Part shown: one piece after another, positions 1 to 8,355 of the stretch
How positions within the stretch are numbered: the stretch's first letter is position 1
Layout: each line of letters starts with the position of its first letter
From: Wickerhamiella versatilis
Lineage: Eukaryota
Direction: 5' to 3'
Length of the DNA: 64,000 bases
NCBI GenBank assembly: GCA_030867685.1
Contig: JAQOWU010000008.1
Coordinates: 2,604,001 to 2,668,000 of the forward strand
Program-made: the position numbers and the translations under genes
The notes under the pieces: generated by a model
Told to the model about the DNA's origin: nothing
The model's input: only the letters and a program-made list of their open reading frames with translations
Databases searched by the model: none

Positions 1-1
1 T

Positions 2-169
2 GCCTCATTATTTATTGCAGTGATCAGTCTACTTGGCACACTTTTTAATTTCAGGCGTTTGCAGGCGACAAGGCAGGTTTTTATGCCGGCAAAGGCGCCG
101 CGTGACCGTCTGCCACTATGGAGCTGGCTCGCCACTGCGCAAGATGGGCCCAATCCTCGAGCTAGATAA
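2..169 (+). CDS. 3' end of a probable membrane protein gene entering from the left edge (ASLFIAVISLLGTLFNFRR...GPNPRAR*)
   Basis: Frame 2 is open from base 2 to TAA at 167-169, with a hydrophobic segment. An AT-rich terminator-like gap follows, shared with the convergent gene. Confidence 0.5.
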   Translation, partial: ASLFIAVISLLGTLFNFRRLQATRQVFMPAKAPRDRLPLWSWLATAQDGPNPRAR

Positions 170-250
170 AACTGTCTAGTTTTTTTTTACTTATATTGCA
201 TTAATTAAGCGTTAATATATTATAGAAATATTAAGTGTACCACATAATGT

Positions 251-700
251 TTATGCCACATCTGATTGACCAAGTATTTCCGATGTGTCCTTTACTGAAG
301 GCACAACATAATTGAAATCAGGGATTGCAGCTTGAAGGGCAGCTGGAATTAATGCTTCTGGCGGTCTTAATTGCTTCAACACATGTACCCAGCCGTTGAC
401 GGTTTCTGTTTGAATAACTCGCCATGCGTCATTTTGATCCACAACAGATCGCAGATCTATACCAGAAGTTGCCACTATTACAATTCCTGGGTTCTCCCTA
501 AGTAGATTCGCGTAATTATTGCCATCGTCAACTTGGTCGACCACGACGACTGCATCGCGATGAAATCTGGACTTCTCAGGTCCACTCGATTGCCCTCTAG
601 CGTTTTTCCAATACCAATATGACACTACTGCCGCACTAACACCTACGACAGCTCCACAGACCGCTGTTATACGTCGCGCTCGCCCAAAATTTCGAGTCAT
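251..700 (-). CDS. PEX22: Peroxin Pex22 (membrane anchor of Pex4)
   Basis: Basic N-terminus plus a single TM (MTRNFGRARRITAVCGAVVGVSAAVVSYWYW). The motif WRVIQTETVNGWVHVLKQL resembles Pex22 KIIxCDxxxGxWSxVRxL. Start placed at ATG 700. Confidence 0.7.
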   Translation of the reverse strand: MTRNFGRARRITAVCGAVVGVSAAVVSYWYWKNARGQSSGPEKSRFHRDAVVVVDQVDDGNNYANLLRENPGIVIVATSGIDLRSVVDQNDAWRVIQTETVNGWVHVLKQLRPPEALIPAALQAAIPDFNYVVPSVKDTSEILGQSDVA

Positions 701-762
701 TAACAAGGCTAGGGTTGCAGCCAGGACGCGTCTAGGAGGATAAGAAGCGGACCAGCTATGAT

Positions 763-1581
763 ATGTGGAAGGCAACTACTGCCTATACAGAGCAGCTATG
801 CAAATTACTTAGGTCTTTAAAGCCCATGGGCACTGAGGTTTACCTTACTGTAGCTACTGAAGGACTCAAGGCCGAGGTACTTCACGGGTCTCGAATGTGC
901 TGTTCCCAAGTCTTCCTTGACGCTGATCTCTTCACAAAGTATGAGGCCCAGGAGGTAGCATTACTAAATGTGCACCTTGGTGCATTAGTTTCCTGTCTTC
1001 AAACGTTCGCCGAATGGGATTCGGAGGATGCAGTAGAACCTAGCGCTTGCTTTCTGTCGTGGGATACTGTAGGGCAATTACAGATCCATTTTGCCCAAGA
1101 ACTGATGACTTCAACCTGCCAGCTTGCGAACTTTGCTACAGAGGCTTATTACGATGGCACTGTTGAATTTGACAGTGAAAGTGTACTAGTTCAGGCAATT
1201 ATACCTGCGAGTGTTTTTACTGCAACCCTCAAGGATTTGGAATCTGTTGAAACGAAATGTCTTCGGATAAATGTCACAACAGATCCCCTACAACTTGAAT
1301 TTGAGAGTGCTGGGGACCTGGCAACTTCGAAGTTCGTACTTCCAAACGACCCAGGTGTTTTAGAAGCTCTTGTGGTTTCCGATATTGAAGAGGCAGTCAC
1401 GGGGTTTGAGTATGACTTTCGTTATATAACCAAATGTAGAGAAGCACAGAGGCTGGCTCAAAGAATCAGTTTGCGTTACGATACGAACGGAGTACTTAGT
1501 TTGCAGTTTCTTTGTCAAGTGGAAGATGCGAAGAATGTATTCATCGAATTCAGATTCTTACCATTTGCGTCAAGTGAATGA
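763..1581 (+). CDS. RAD17: 9-1-1 checkpoint clamp subunit, Rad1/Rec1/Rad17 family
   Basis: 272 aa PCNA-like pattern: EGLKAEV, FLDADLFTKY, ISLRYDTNGVLSLQF, FIEFRFLP. Confidence 0.8.
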   Translation: MWKATTAYTEQLCKLLRSLKPMGTEVYLTVATEGLKAEVLHGSRMCCSQVFLDADLFTKYEAQEVALLNVHLGALVSCLQTFAEWDSEDAVEPSACFLSWDTVGQLQIHFAQELMTSTCQLANFATEAYYDGTVEFDSESVLVQAIIPASVFTATLKDLESVETKCLRINVTTDPLQLEFESAGDLATSKFVLPNDPGVLEALVVSDIEEAVTGFEYDFRYITKCREAQRLAQRISLRYDTNGVLSLQFLCQVEDAKNVFIEFRFLPFASSE

Positions 1582-2279
1582 CTTGCTAGAGCTCCAATTT
1601 GATTGCTAATTGTCCCCAATTAGCTAGCGTAGATTGTCTCAACTGACTTAGTAAATGCGTTCGCCCTGAAAATCGAAATAAGGATGCACTATTAGAATTT
1701 AATCTTAAGTTTCTGATAATTTCCTCGAGAATAAAGAAGATATGTTCATCAAGATTCTATACATGGATAGAAAAGCGTCGCTCCTGCGCCGTATTCACTT
1801 CATTCAGGTCTCTACGTAATCAATAAACCGGGAAAGGTTTTATGAATCCAGGATGAAAATGCGGACAGAGAGACGGTGTACGACATTTTCGGTAAATCAT
1901 CACCTATCAAATATATATCAGTGGCTCAAAATACCTATTTATTCAGTGTCTACGTCGCCCATCGTGGTGAAGATATTTACGAGAAAACCCTGCAAGAAGC
2001 CTATCTATGGGGTAAGGGCTATAGATAAAGAATAATCTCGTATAGTTGCCCTGCAAGTGAAGACGACTATCTGAGAACGCAAGAGGTGGGATTTCATTGA
2101 AGAAAGGTATTAACTGATGAATTAACACATAATATACTCTTAAAAGCTCTGCTGTTATCTATTCCCTGTACCAAATGCGAGCCCTGTTTCAAAGGCTAGG
2201 GTTAATCAGCGCATCCCAAAGTATGTCATATTTGAGGAAATTTTGCCAACTTACCAAGCTAGTCTAATACATTCTTGTC

Positions 2280-4280
2280 ATGTCAGACGCAGAGAAGAAT
2301 CCTGTTGGGCGGGATGAAGCCTTCATGGCATACTCCTCTGAAGGATCAATAGAGGAGCCAACTGCGAAGCAAGGATGGTTCCGTGAATTCTGTGATGGCT
2401 TTAAGCGTGCAGAGATTGGCCATCTTGATACTGAAGGGTTGACACAGGATGAGATTAATGCAATTCTTATTTCACGATCTCCACTGAAGCGAAATTTGAA
2501 GAACCGCCATCTTCAGATGATTGCCATTGGTGGTAGTATCGGTACCGGTCTGTTCATTGGATCAGCGAACAACTATGTAGAGGGTGGTGTAGGAGCCGTG
2601 GTCATTGGATTTGCAGTCATTGGTGTTCTCCTCTTTTGCACTATGCATGCACTAGGAGAATTAGCGGTCCGCTATCCAATCAGTGGTGCATTTTCTATAT
2701 TCTCAGGACGATTCCTCGACAAATCATGGGGCTTTGCAATGGGTTGGAACTATGCTTTGCAGTGGCTCTGTACTATTCCTCTTGAATTGATTGGAGCTGC
2801 CATGGCCATAAGTTTTTGGGGCCCAGATAACAATGGTGCGGTTGCTCGGCAAAATGCAGCTGGGTGGGTAGCGTTATTCTGGAGTCTTATCATTCTTATC
2901 AATGTGTTCGGTGTCCGTGGATATGGAGAAGCTGAGTTTATTCTTAGTGCCATTAAGGTCACAGCGGTTGTGGGATTCTGTATTTTCGGTATTGTACAAG
3001 CCGCCGGTGGAACACCAGGTGTTGGTGGAAACCCAGACCATTTTGATTATTGCCAATTCCTTCCTGATCTTGCGGATGATGCATTACAAAAGCTGGGAAC
3101 TCTTTTACCAGATGGTTCCGCAAACACAAGTCAACCTTGCTATTCTTGGCCTTCGAAGTTCAATTTGTCAAACGGTACCGGTTACTACGAAAGCTACGCT
3201 CTTACCAAGTACTGGGTACACATTCAAGGCATAGGGTACAAGAATAAGTTGGACGGAAGTGCTTACATTGGTGGCAAGTATTGGCATGATCCAGGCGCAT
3301 TCTCCAATGGTGTTAAAGGTGTATTCTCTGTATTAGTCAATGCAGCATTTGCTTTCTCAGGAACTGAACTCGCGGGTCTTGCAGCTGCCGAGACAGATAA
3401 TCCCACCAGATCGTTGCCTCAGGCGGTTAAGCAGGTATTTTGGCGGGTTCTTTTGTTCTACATTGTATCGCTATGTATTATTGGATGCGTAGTACCCTAC
3501 ACTGATCCAAGGCTTGGTACAGGAAATGGTGGTACTGGGTCACCTTTTGTGATTGCCATTATGAGAGCTGGTGTGAGCGGGCTTCCAAGTGTTTTCAACG
3601 TTGTGATTCTCCTTGCTGTTCTCTCTGTTGCTAATGCGGGAGTATTCGGATGCTCGAGAACATTGGTTGCGCTTGCAACAGAGGGAATGACGCCGTTCCC
3701 TCACTTCGTGTCTTACATAGATCGTCAAGGTCGGCCATTGGTTGCTGTCTGTATCACCATGACATTTGCTCTTCTTTGCTTCCTTGTCGCGTCTAGTCAA
3801 TACTCAGAAGTGTTTGATTGGATGTTAGCATTCAGCGGTCTTGCCCAAATCTTCACATGGGGTTCGGTATGCCTTGCCCATGTAAGGTATCGCATGGGAA
3901 TGAAAAAGCAGGGCCACTCTTTAGACGAGCTTGCATGGAAGGCTGGTGCAGGTATTTGGGGCTCGGTGCTTGGCGTAATCCTCTGTTTCTTCATTCTAGG
4001 TGTCGACTGGTGGACGTCTATGTGGCCCATGGGCGAATCTGCTAGTGCAGAAAGTTTCTTCCAGGGAGGTTACTTATCTTTGCCAATAGTAATTGCTTTC
4101 TACATATTCGGCAAGATATATTACAAAGATTGGAGTCTGTTCATCCGGTCTTCCGATATGGATTTAACCTCGGGTGTCCGCGAAATGGATATGGAACAGC
4201 TCAAGCTGGACAATAAAGCAGAGCAAGAACGCATTCGCTCTAAAGGTATCTTGTACCGTGTTTATAAGTTCTGGTGCTGA
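2280..4280 (+). CDS. GAP1: Yeast amino-acid permease (YAT/APC family), Gap1-like
   Basis: LKRNLKNRHLQMIAIGGSIGTGLF, GYGEAEF, YIGGKYWHDPGAF, AAFAFSGTELAG and a C-terminal FWC motif. Confidence 0.85.
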   Translation: MSDAEKNPVGRDEAFMAYSSEGSIEEPTAKQGWFREFCDGFKRAEIGHLDTEGLTQDEINAILISRSPLKRNLKNRHLQMIAIGGSIGTGLFIGSANNYVEGGVGAVVIGFAVIGVLLFCTMHALGELAVRYPISGAFSIFSGRFLDKSWGFAMGWNYALQWLCTIPLELIGAAMAISFWGPDNNGAVARQNAAGWVALFWSLIILINVFGVRGYGEAEFILSAIKVTAVVGFCIFGIVQAAGGTPGVGGNPDHFDYCQFLPDLADDALQKLGTLLPDGSANTSQPCYSWPSKFNLSNGTGYYESYALTKYWVHIQGIGYKNKLDGSAYIGGKYWHDPGAFSNGVKGVFSVLVNAAFAFSGTELAGLAAAETDNPTRSLPQAVKQVFWRVLLFYIVSLCIIGCVVPYTDPRLGTGNGGTGSPFVIAIMRAGVSGLPSVFNVVILLAVLSVANAGVFGCSRTLVALATEGMTPFPHFVSYIDRQGRPLVAVCITMTFALLCFLVASSQYSEVFDWMLAFSGLAQIFTWGSVCLAHVRYRMGMKKQGHSLDELAWKAGAGIWGSVLGVILCFFILGVDWWTSMWPMGESASAESFFQGGYLSLPIVIAFYIFGKIYYKDWSLFIRSSDMDLTSGVREMDMEQLKLDNKAEQERIRSKGILYRVYKFWC

Positions 4281-4353
4281 CACTCAGGCGTCCAAATATT
4301 ACATTCTTAATTAGCTTATCACCATAGTAAAAGTTAGTAATCAAGTGGTACCT

Positions 4354-5976
4354 ATGAACGTGGATGATAGGAATCTTCTTTTTGAAATTGGATGCCGCAT
4401 GCCAATTAGAACAAGATTAGCTCCATACTATGGGCGCTGTAATCAACTAATTGAATGTGCTGCAACAGCTGTAACTGATCCTGGGGTTGTTATCGGCGTT
4501 CGAGCGAGCATACTTTATGGACTAGTGAAGGTTATTTTTTCCAAGGCAGAGTCTATAAGGACAACTTTCAAAAGTACGCTCAAATCTTTAGTGCATAAAT
4601 GGGTAGGTTCGATGCCTGTGGTAAAAGACGATTTTGGCAGGCCTCCTTCGAGAAAACGTCGACGCAATACCAGCGATTCAATTATGACTTCGAGTGAAGA
4701 TTCCAACCAGTCCAACCAGTCTAACTGGGAGCACAGCCAAGAGGCAATATCTGGTACCTCTCTCATACCACCATCCCCTCAACCGCATGCAATGAACCAG
4801 CTCATCCGTTTGCCGACTGAGAATTTTAGGAAAGCTCTAGTCCCAAGATGCACATCTCCAAATACAACAGGAAGATATCAAAATGAGGTAGAAGTCTTTG
4901 AGCTGCCCTGGACCCCCCGAAAGCCAGTTGAAACTGACAAGCCAGAGGCACTATTGGAGACACCACCGCCACCAGGATCCATGGATTTCTTACATGAACC
5001 GAACAGGTCTCAGGAATGTGAGGATAGTCCTAGTCCTCCTTCACCATTTGCACAGTCCAAATACTCTAAATCACATGATTCCGATGCGGGGGGAGGGTTT
5101 CACGACAATGTAAATTTACCTCAAGGACAACCCGATTCAGAAACAAGGATTAGCTCGCCCTCAGTACCAAACATGACTCAAAAAGACCGTATCACAAAAT
5201 TTCCAAAGCTGGACAAGGTCACCACAAAGTTTTTTAATAGTCACGAGCTCCAGATACATCTTCGGGCTCGCAGTCGTCGCCGCTTGCATAAACGCTCAGT
5301 CTCCGACCTTCTGATGCTCCCTGAGAGTATAACACGGCTCCAGATAGCTCGAAGAAATGAAATAAGTGGTATAGGAATAGAACAAGAAGGAATGAATGGT
5401 GATGTTGCGATGTTGGACTTTCAGGAGATACACGATGCACCTTACAGCAGAGAAGATCCAGAAGGATCAAGTAGACTTAAAATGGATGGGGATACTTCAA
5501 TTGTTTATCCTCAATCCGAAGCTATGGTGAATGACCGTAATTCTGACCCTCTTGCTTCTTTGATTGCAGCCAACGGAGGTGTGCTGCCGCCAGCGGAGCC
5601 TCAAACGCGTGGTATATCTCTCCCTGATCTCTCAGATGACTCTTTTTTTGGAAATAATCAACCAGAGGTACGAAGGAATGAAGAAATACCTGTTCTCAGC
5701 GATATTTCTATGGAACTTAGCTCACTTCCAGAAATCAATTCACCTGTGGGTACCCGGCCACAAAATCACAACCCATTTCTACGAGACGAATTATTAGACT
5801 TTAAAGAACTTGAAATTGAAGAAAATACAAGCTACTCGGAGCTGCAAAAGAACTATACAGACCGTTCAAAGGCTGATATATTGTATGGATTATTAGTGAG
5901 AGCGTCAAGAGGCAGCATAATCCTTGAACAAGAACACCCTTTTGAAGAACTTAGAATACAAAAAGTTACTTTTTAA
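4354..5976 (+). CDS. REC8: Kleisin (Rad21/Rec8 family), probably the divergent meiotic Rec8
   Basis: N-terminal VRASILYGLVKVIFSKA matches the kleisin LRxSxxLLxGVVRIYSKK. C-terminal KADILYGLLVRASRGSIILEQEHPFEELRI matches the kleisin winged helix. The middle is low complexity. Confidence 0.65.
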   Translation: MNVDDRNLLFEIGCRMPIRTRLAPYYGRCNQLIECAATAVTDPGVVIGVRASILYGLVKVIFSKAESIRTTFKSTLKSLVHKWVGSMPVVKDDFGRPPSRKRRRNTSDSIMTSSEDSNQSNQSNWEHSQEAISGTSLIPPSPQPHAMNQLIRLPTENFRKALVPRCTSPNTTGRYQNEVEVFELPWTPRKPVETDKPEALLETPPPPGSMDFLHEPNRSQECEDSPSPPSPFAQSKYSKSHDSDAGGGFHDNVNLPQGQPDSETRISSPSVPNMTQKDRITKFPKLDKVTTKFFNSHELQIHLRARSRRRLHKRSVSDLLMLPESITRLQIARRNEISGIGIEQEGMNGDVAMLDFQEIHDAPYSREDPEGSSRLKMDGDTSIVYPQSEAMVNDRNSDPLASLIAANGGVLPPAEPQTRGISLPDLSDDSFFGNNQPEVRRNEEIPVLSDISMELSSLPEINSPVGTRPQNHNPFLRDELLDFKELEIEENTSYSELQKNYTDRSKADILYGLLVRASRGSIILEQEHPFEELRIQKVTF

Positions 5977-6147
5977 GTCTCTAATTCTTTTTCTAGCTGG
6001 TTATCTTTAAGATTCAGTAGGTACTTCAAATAATTAGTAATATGGGCTTAGGGCTTTAGTATCCGAGTGCCTTTCGACTGGATCGCAGCATTCTGAATTT
6101 CTCCAGCTGAGCAGTTTAAGAACTGACGAGGAAGCCACAAGTTGAAA

Positions 6148-6591
6148 ATGTCTGACGTTGAGAACCCCCCTGTTGAGAACCAAGAAGTCGAAGTTGCTGC
6201 GGACTCTGCGGCTCCCGGAGAAATTAGCATCGAGGATGCCATTCAGGGAGCTCTCCGTAACTCTTTGATCCACTTTGGCCTTGCCCGCGGTCTTCGTGAG
6301 TCTGTTAAGGCTCTATCTTCTGGCCAGGCTCAGGTCTGTATTCTCGTGGAGTCTGTTGATGAGGCTGGTTACTTGAAGCTCATTGAGGCCCTTTGTGCTG
6401 AGCCGGAGCAGAGCGTTCCCCTTATTAAGGTGTCTGACGCCAAGGCTCTTGGCCAGTGGGCCGGACTCTGCCAGCTTGACCGTGACGGCAATGCCCGCAA
6501 GGTTGTCGGCTGCTCTTGCGTCGTTATTAAGGACTGGGGTGTTGACTCCCCTGAGCGTAATGTTCTCCTTAACTACTTCCAGTCTGAGTAA
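6148..6591 (+). CDS. RPS12: 40S ribosomal protein eS12
   Basis: [39 protein letters not shown]; strong codon bias; no intron. Confidence 0.97.
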   Translation: MSDVENPPVENQEVEVAADSAAPGEISIEDAIQGALRNSLIHFGLARGLRESVKALSSGQAQVCILVESVDEAGYLKLIEALCAEPEQSVPLIKVSDAKALGQWAGLCQLDRDGNARKVVGCSCVVIKDWGVDSPERNVLLNYFQSE

Positions 6592-6666
6592 AAATGTAGT
6601 AGATGTAGATATAAGTCTAATGCAACAAACTTTGCTGTGACTATGGCAGGATAAATATTTGTTTAA

Positions 6667-7494
6667 TTAGTCCGCTTCTTCAACGGCTGTCTCATCCACT
6701 TTATGGATATCTTTGCCATCGTCAAACTTTAGGTGACTCGATGACTGTGAAACAGACTCACTGTCAAACTTAACATGATTCGAAGGTCCCGTATTTTCTT
6801 CTTCTCCAATAGTGGGCAATCTAACGTCGTCAAAAGTGAGCAATGAACCCTGCACCAGCACTGTCCGGCCAGTTACCCTAAAGTGCTTCACTGTGAAACT
6901 CATTTTTCCTTCAACCGCTTGTCCATTAGAGTCGCACCAATAGCCCAGCGAACGTGTGTCTGAATCTTCCTCGTCCTGTGAAGGTATAAATTGCCAGTCT
7001 GGGGGGATATCCTCTCGCCGAATGGTGGCATTGAACGTGTTGTGTATAAGCAGTGCAATATGGCTAGGGCTTTGTACGCTAACCCATCCTTCTACTTGGT
7101 CTCCACGTACAGGAGACCAAATTAGCATATCGACCAGAACCCATGTATAGCCATACGGACTATCGTTGATAATTTTTACAAGGGCAGGTTCGCCTTTCTT
7201 AGTAGGGTTACGATGTTGACCTAGTAGACGAAGATTTGAATAACTTAGAACAACACCATTTGCCAGGCCGTAATAATTCATTATGAGCGGGTTCAGATAC
7301 TGCTGGCGAACTCCTTCCGCCGCATTCATGGCATACATAGGCGCTATAGCCGCGTACATTTTGATAGTGACGTGTTTGAAACACTCTGAAATATTGTCTT
7401 GACCAAGTGGATTAGCCTCATCACTCGAAATTATGGACTGCCTTCGCCGTTTCGCACCAGAAACCTCTTCTTCAACATTTTTCCGTTTGACCAT
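6667..7494 (-). CDS. RPA43: RNA polymerase I subunit A43
   Basis: NPLIMNYY..GVVLSYSNL, WSPVRGDQVEGWVSVQSPSHIALLIHNTFNATI, SLGYW. Confidence 0.92.
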   Translation of the reverse strand: MVKRKNVEEEVSGAKRRRQSIISSDEANPLGQDNISECFKHVTIKMYAAIAPMYAMNAAEGVRQQYLNPLIMNYYGLANGVVLSYSNLRLLGQHRNPTKKGEPALVKIINDSPYGYTWVLVDMLIWSPVRGDQVEGWVSVQSPSHIALLIHNTFNATIRREDIPPDWQFIPSQDEEDSDTRSLGYWCDSNGQAVEGKMSFTVKHFRVTGRTVLVQGSLLTFDDVRLPTIGEEENTGPSNHVKFDSESVSQSSSHLKFDDGKDIHKVDETAVEEAD

Positions 7495-7599
7495 ATTATG
7501 TAATATTTTTCGACGAGTGCTCCGGTTTGGCCAGTATCTGTTATTTTAGAGATCTTATATTGCTCAGTTACTTTATATTAAATTTTCTGATATTTTCGA

Positions 7600-8100
7600 A
7601 TTGACTGGAATGTAGATAAAATTGCTTCGTTTCGGAATCTTTTCTCCCTTCTAGGTATGCTTTGGGCCTTGAAGTCCAGATTGATAGGAAAATCTAATAC
7701 CCCTGGCCATATTGATGATATAAAGAGTAAAGTGGGAACGCCTTGTATTCACTCGTATTTCAATGGTCAATGGTAACAGTAGCATAAGGCTCTCGCCATA
7801 CGTTAGGAGTTGAGGATATGGTCCTCAAGGCTCTATTCACTGGTCTGGGTGGGTGGATTACAGTCCATACTTTACTAAAGAATAATCGGGTTCTAAGTTA
7901 AATTTGTGTATTACAGATTTTTGGCGCTTATAACTAACAAGAAAAGTTTAGCTGTTAACTGGGTCCTTTGCTGCTGAAGGATATTTCACCGTTAATCTGG
8001 ACATTTTTTTGACTTTGGTGGCAGGTGAGAGGTTGTTTGAAACACCTTGGTGCTGGAATTTGCAGAAATACTTCCAACAAGGCACTGTCAATTTTTGATA
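7600..8100 (+). ncRNA. Candidate telomerase RNA (TER/TLC1); ends approximate
   Basis: 12-bp long-range helix 7674-7685/7991-8002; C-rich candidate template 7694-7711; H-type pseudoknot 7890-7949; three-way junction 8019-8090; Sm site AATTTTTGA 8090-8098; convergent with SCO1 and near CHS2, as TLC1 is in S. cerevisiae. Confidence 0.7.
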
Positions 8101-8355
8101 GTGTATATAGTGCAACACGGGAACAGGTCAAAATTCTACAGCAGATGCAATATAGTGACCGTCCGCCAATCCAGATTGCCAGATAAAAACGTTTAGGTGC
8201 TTCTTGTTAATACGACGCTATCATCATGTCTTATTGGAAAGATATAAACCATTTTGCTTTGCACTATGGTGGTTTTATATTTACGAATAAAAGCTTATAT
8301 ACATGTTCGAGTCAATTATATACAAAGAATAAGGAATACACTTTAACGTATGTTC

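Noticed and set aside
1582-2279. Nitrogen-catabolite GATA cluster upstream of GAP1
   Set aside because: Only scattered GATAA/TTATC (1715, 2024, 2155) and no full GATAAG; not clearly above chance.
7655-7951. Possible intron (GTATGC ... AACTAAC ... TTTAG) in the RPA43-SCO1 gap
   Set aside because: No upstream ATG exon joins the 48-codon downstream frame (phase 0 puts TAG before it), and the apparent branch point is part of pseudoknot stem 1. RT-PCR would exclude it fully.
7712-7977. C/D snoRNA (TGATGA at 7713, CTGA at 7974)
   Set aside because: The boxes are ~260 nt apart with no terminal stem and no recognisable rRNA guide.
7655-8005. RNase MRP RNA (TATGCTTTGGG..GAAGTCC resembles NME1 near CR-I)
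   Set aside because: The helix is continuous without the P4 bulged U, there is no CR-V consensus or P1 partner, and an Sm site is not expected in MRP.
8081-8103. U4 snRNA-like 3' end (GGCACTGTCAATTTTTGA)
   Set aside because: No U6-pairing 5' region or K-turn stem is visible upstream. U1, U2, U5 and U6 signatures are also absent.
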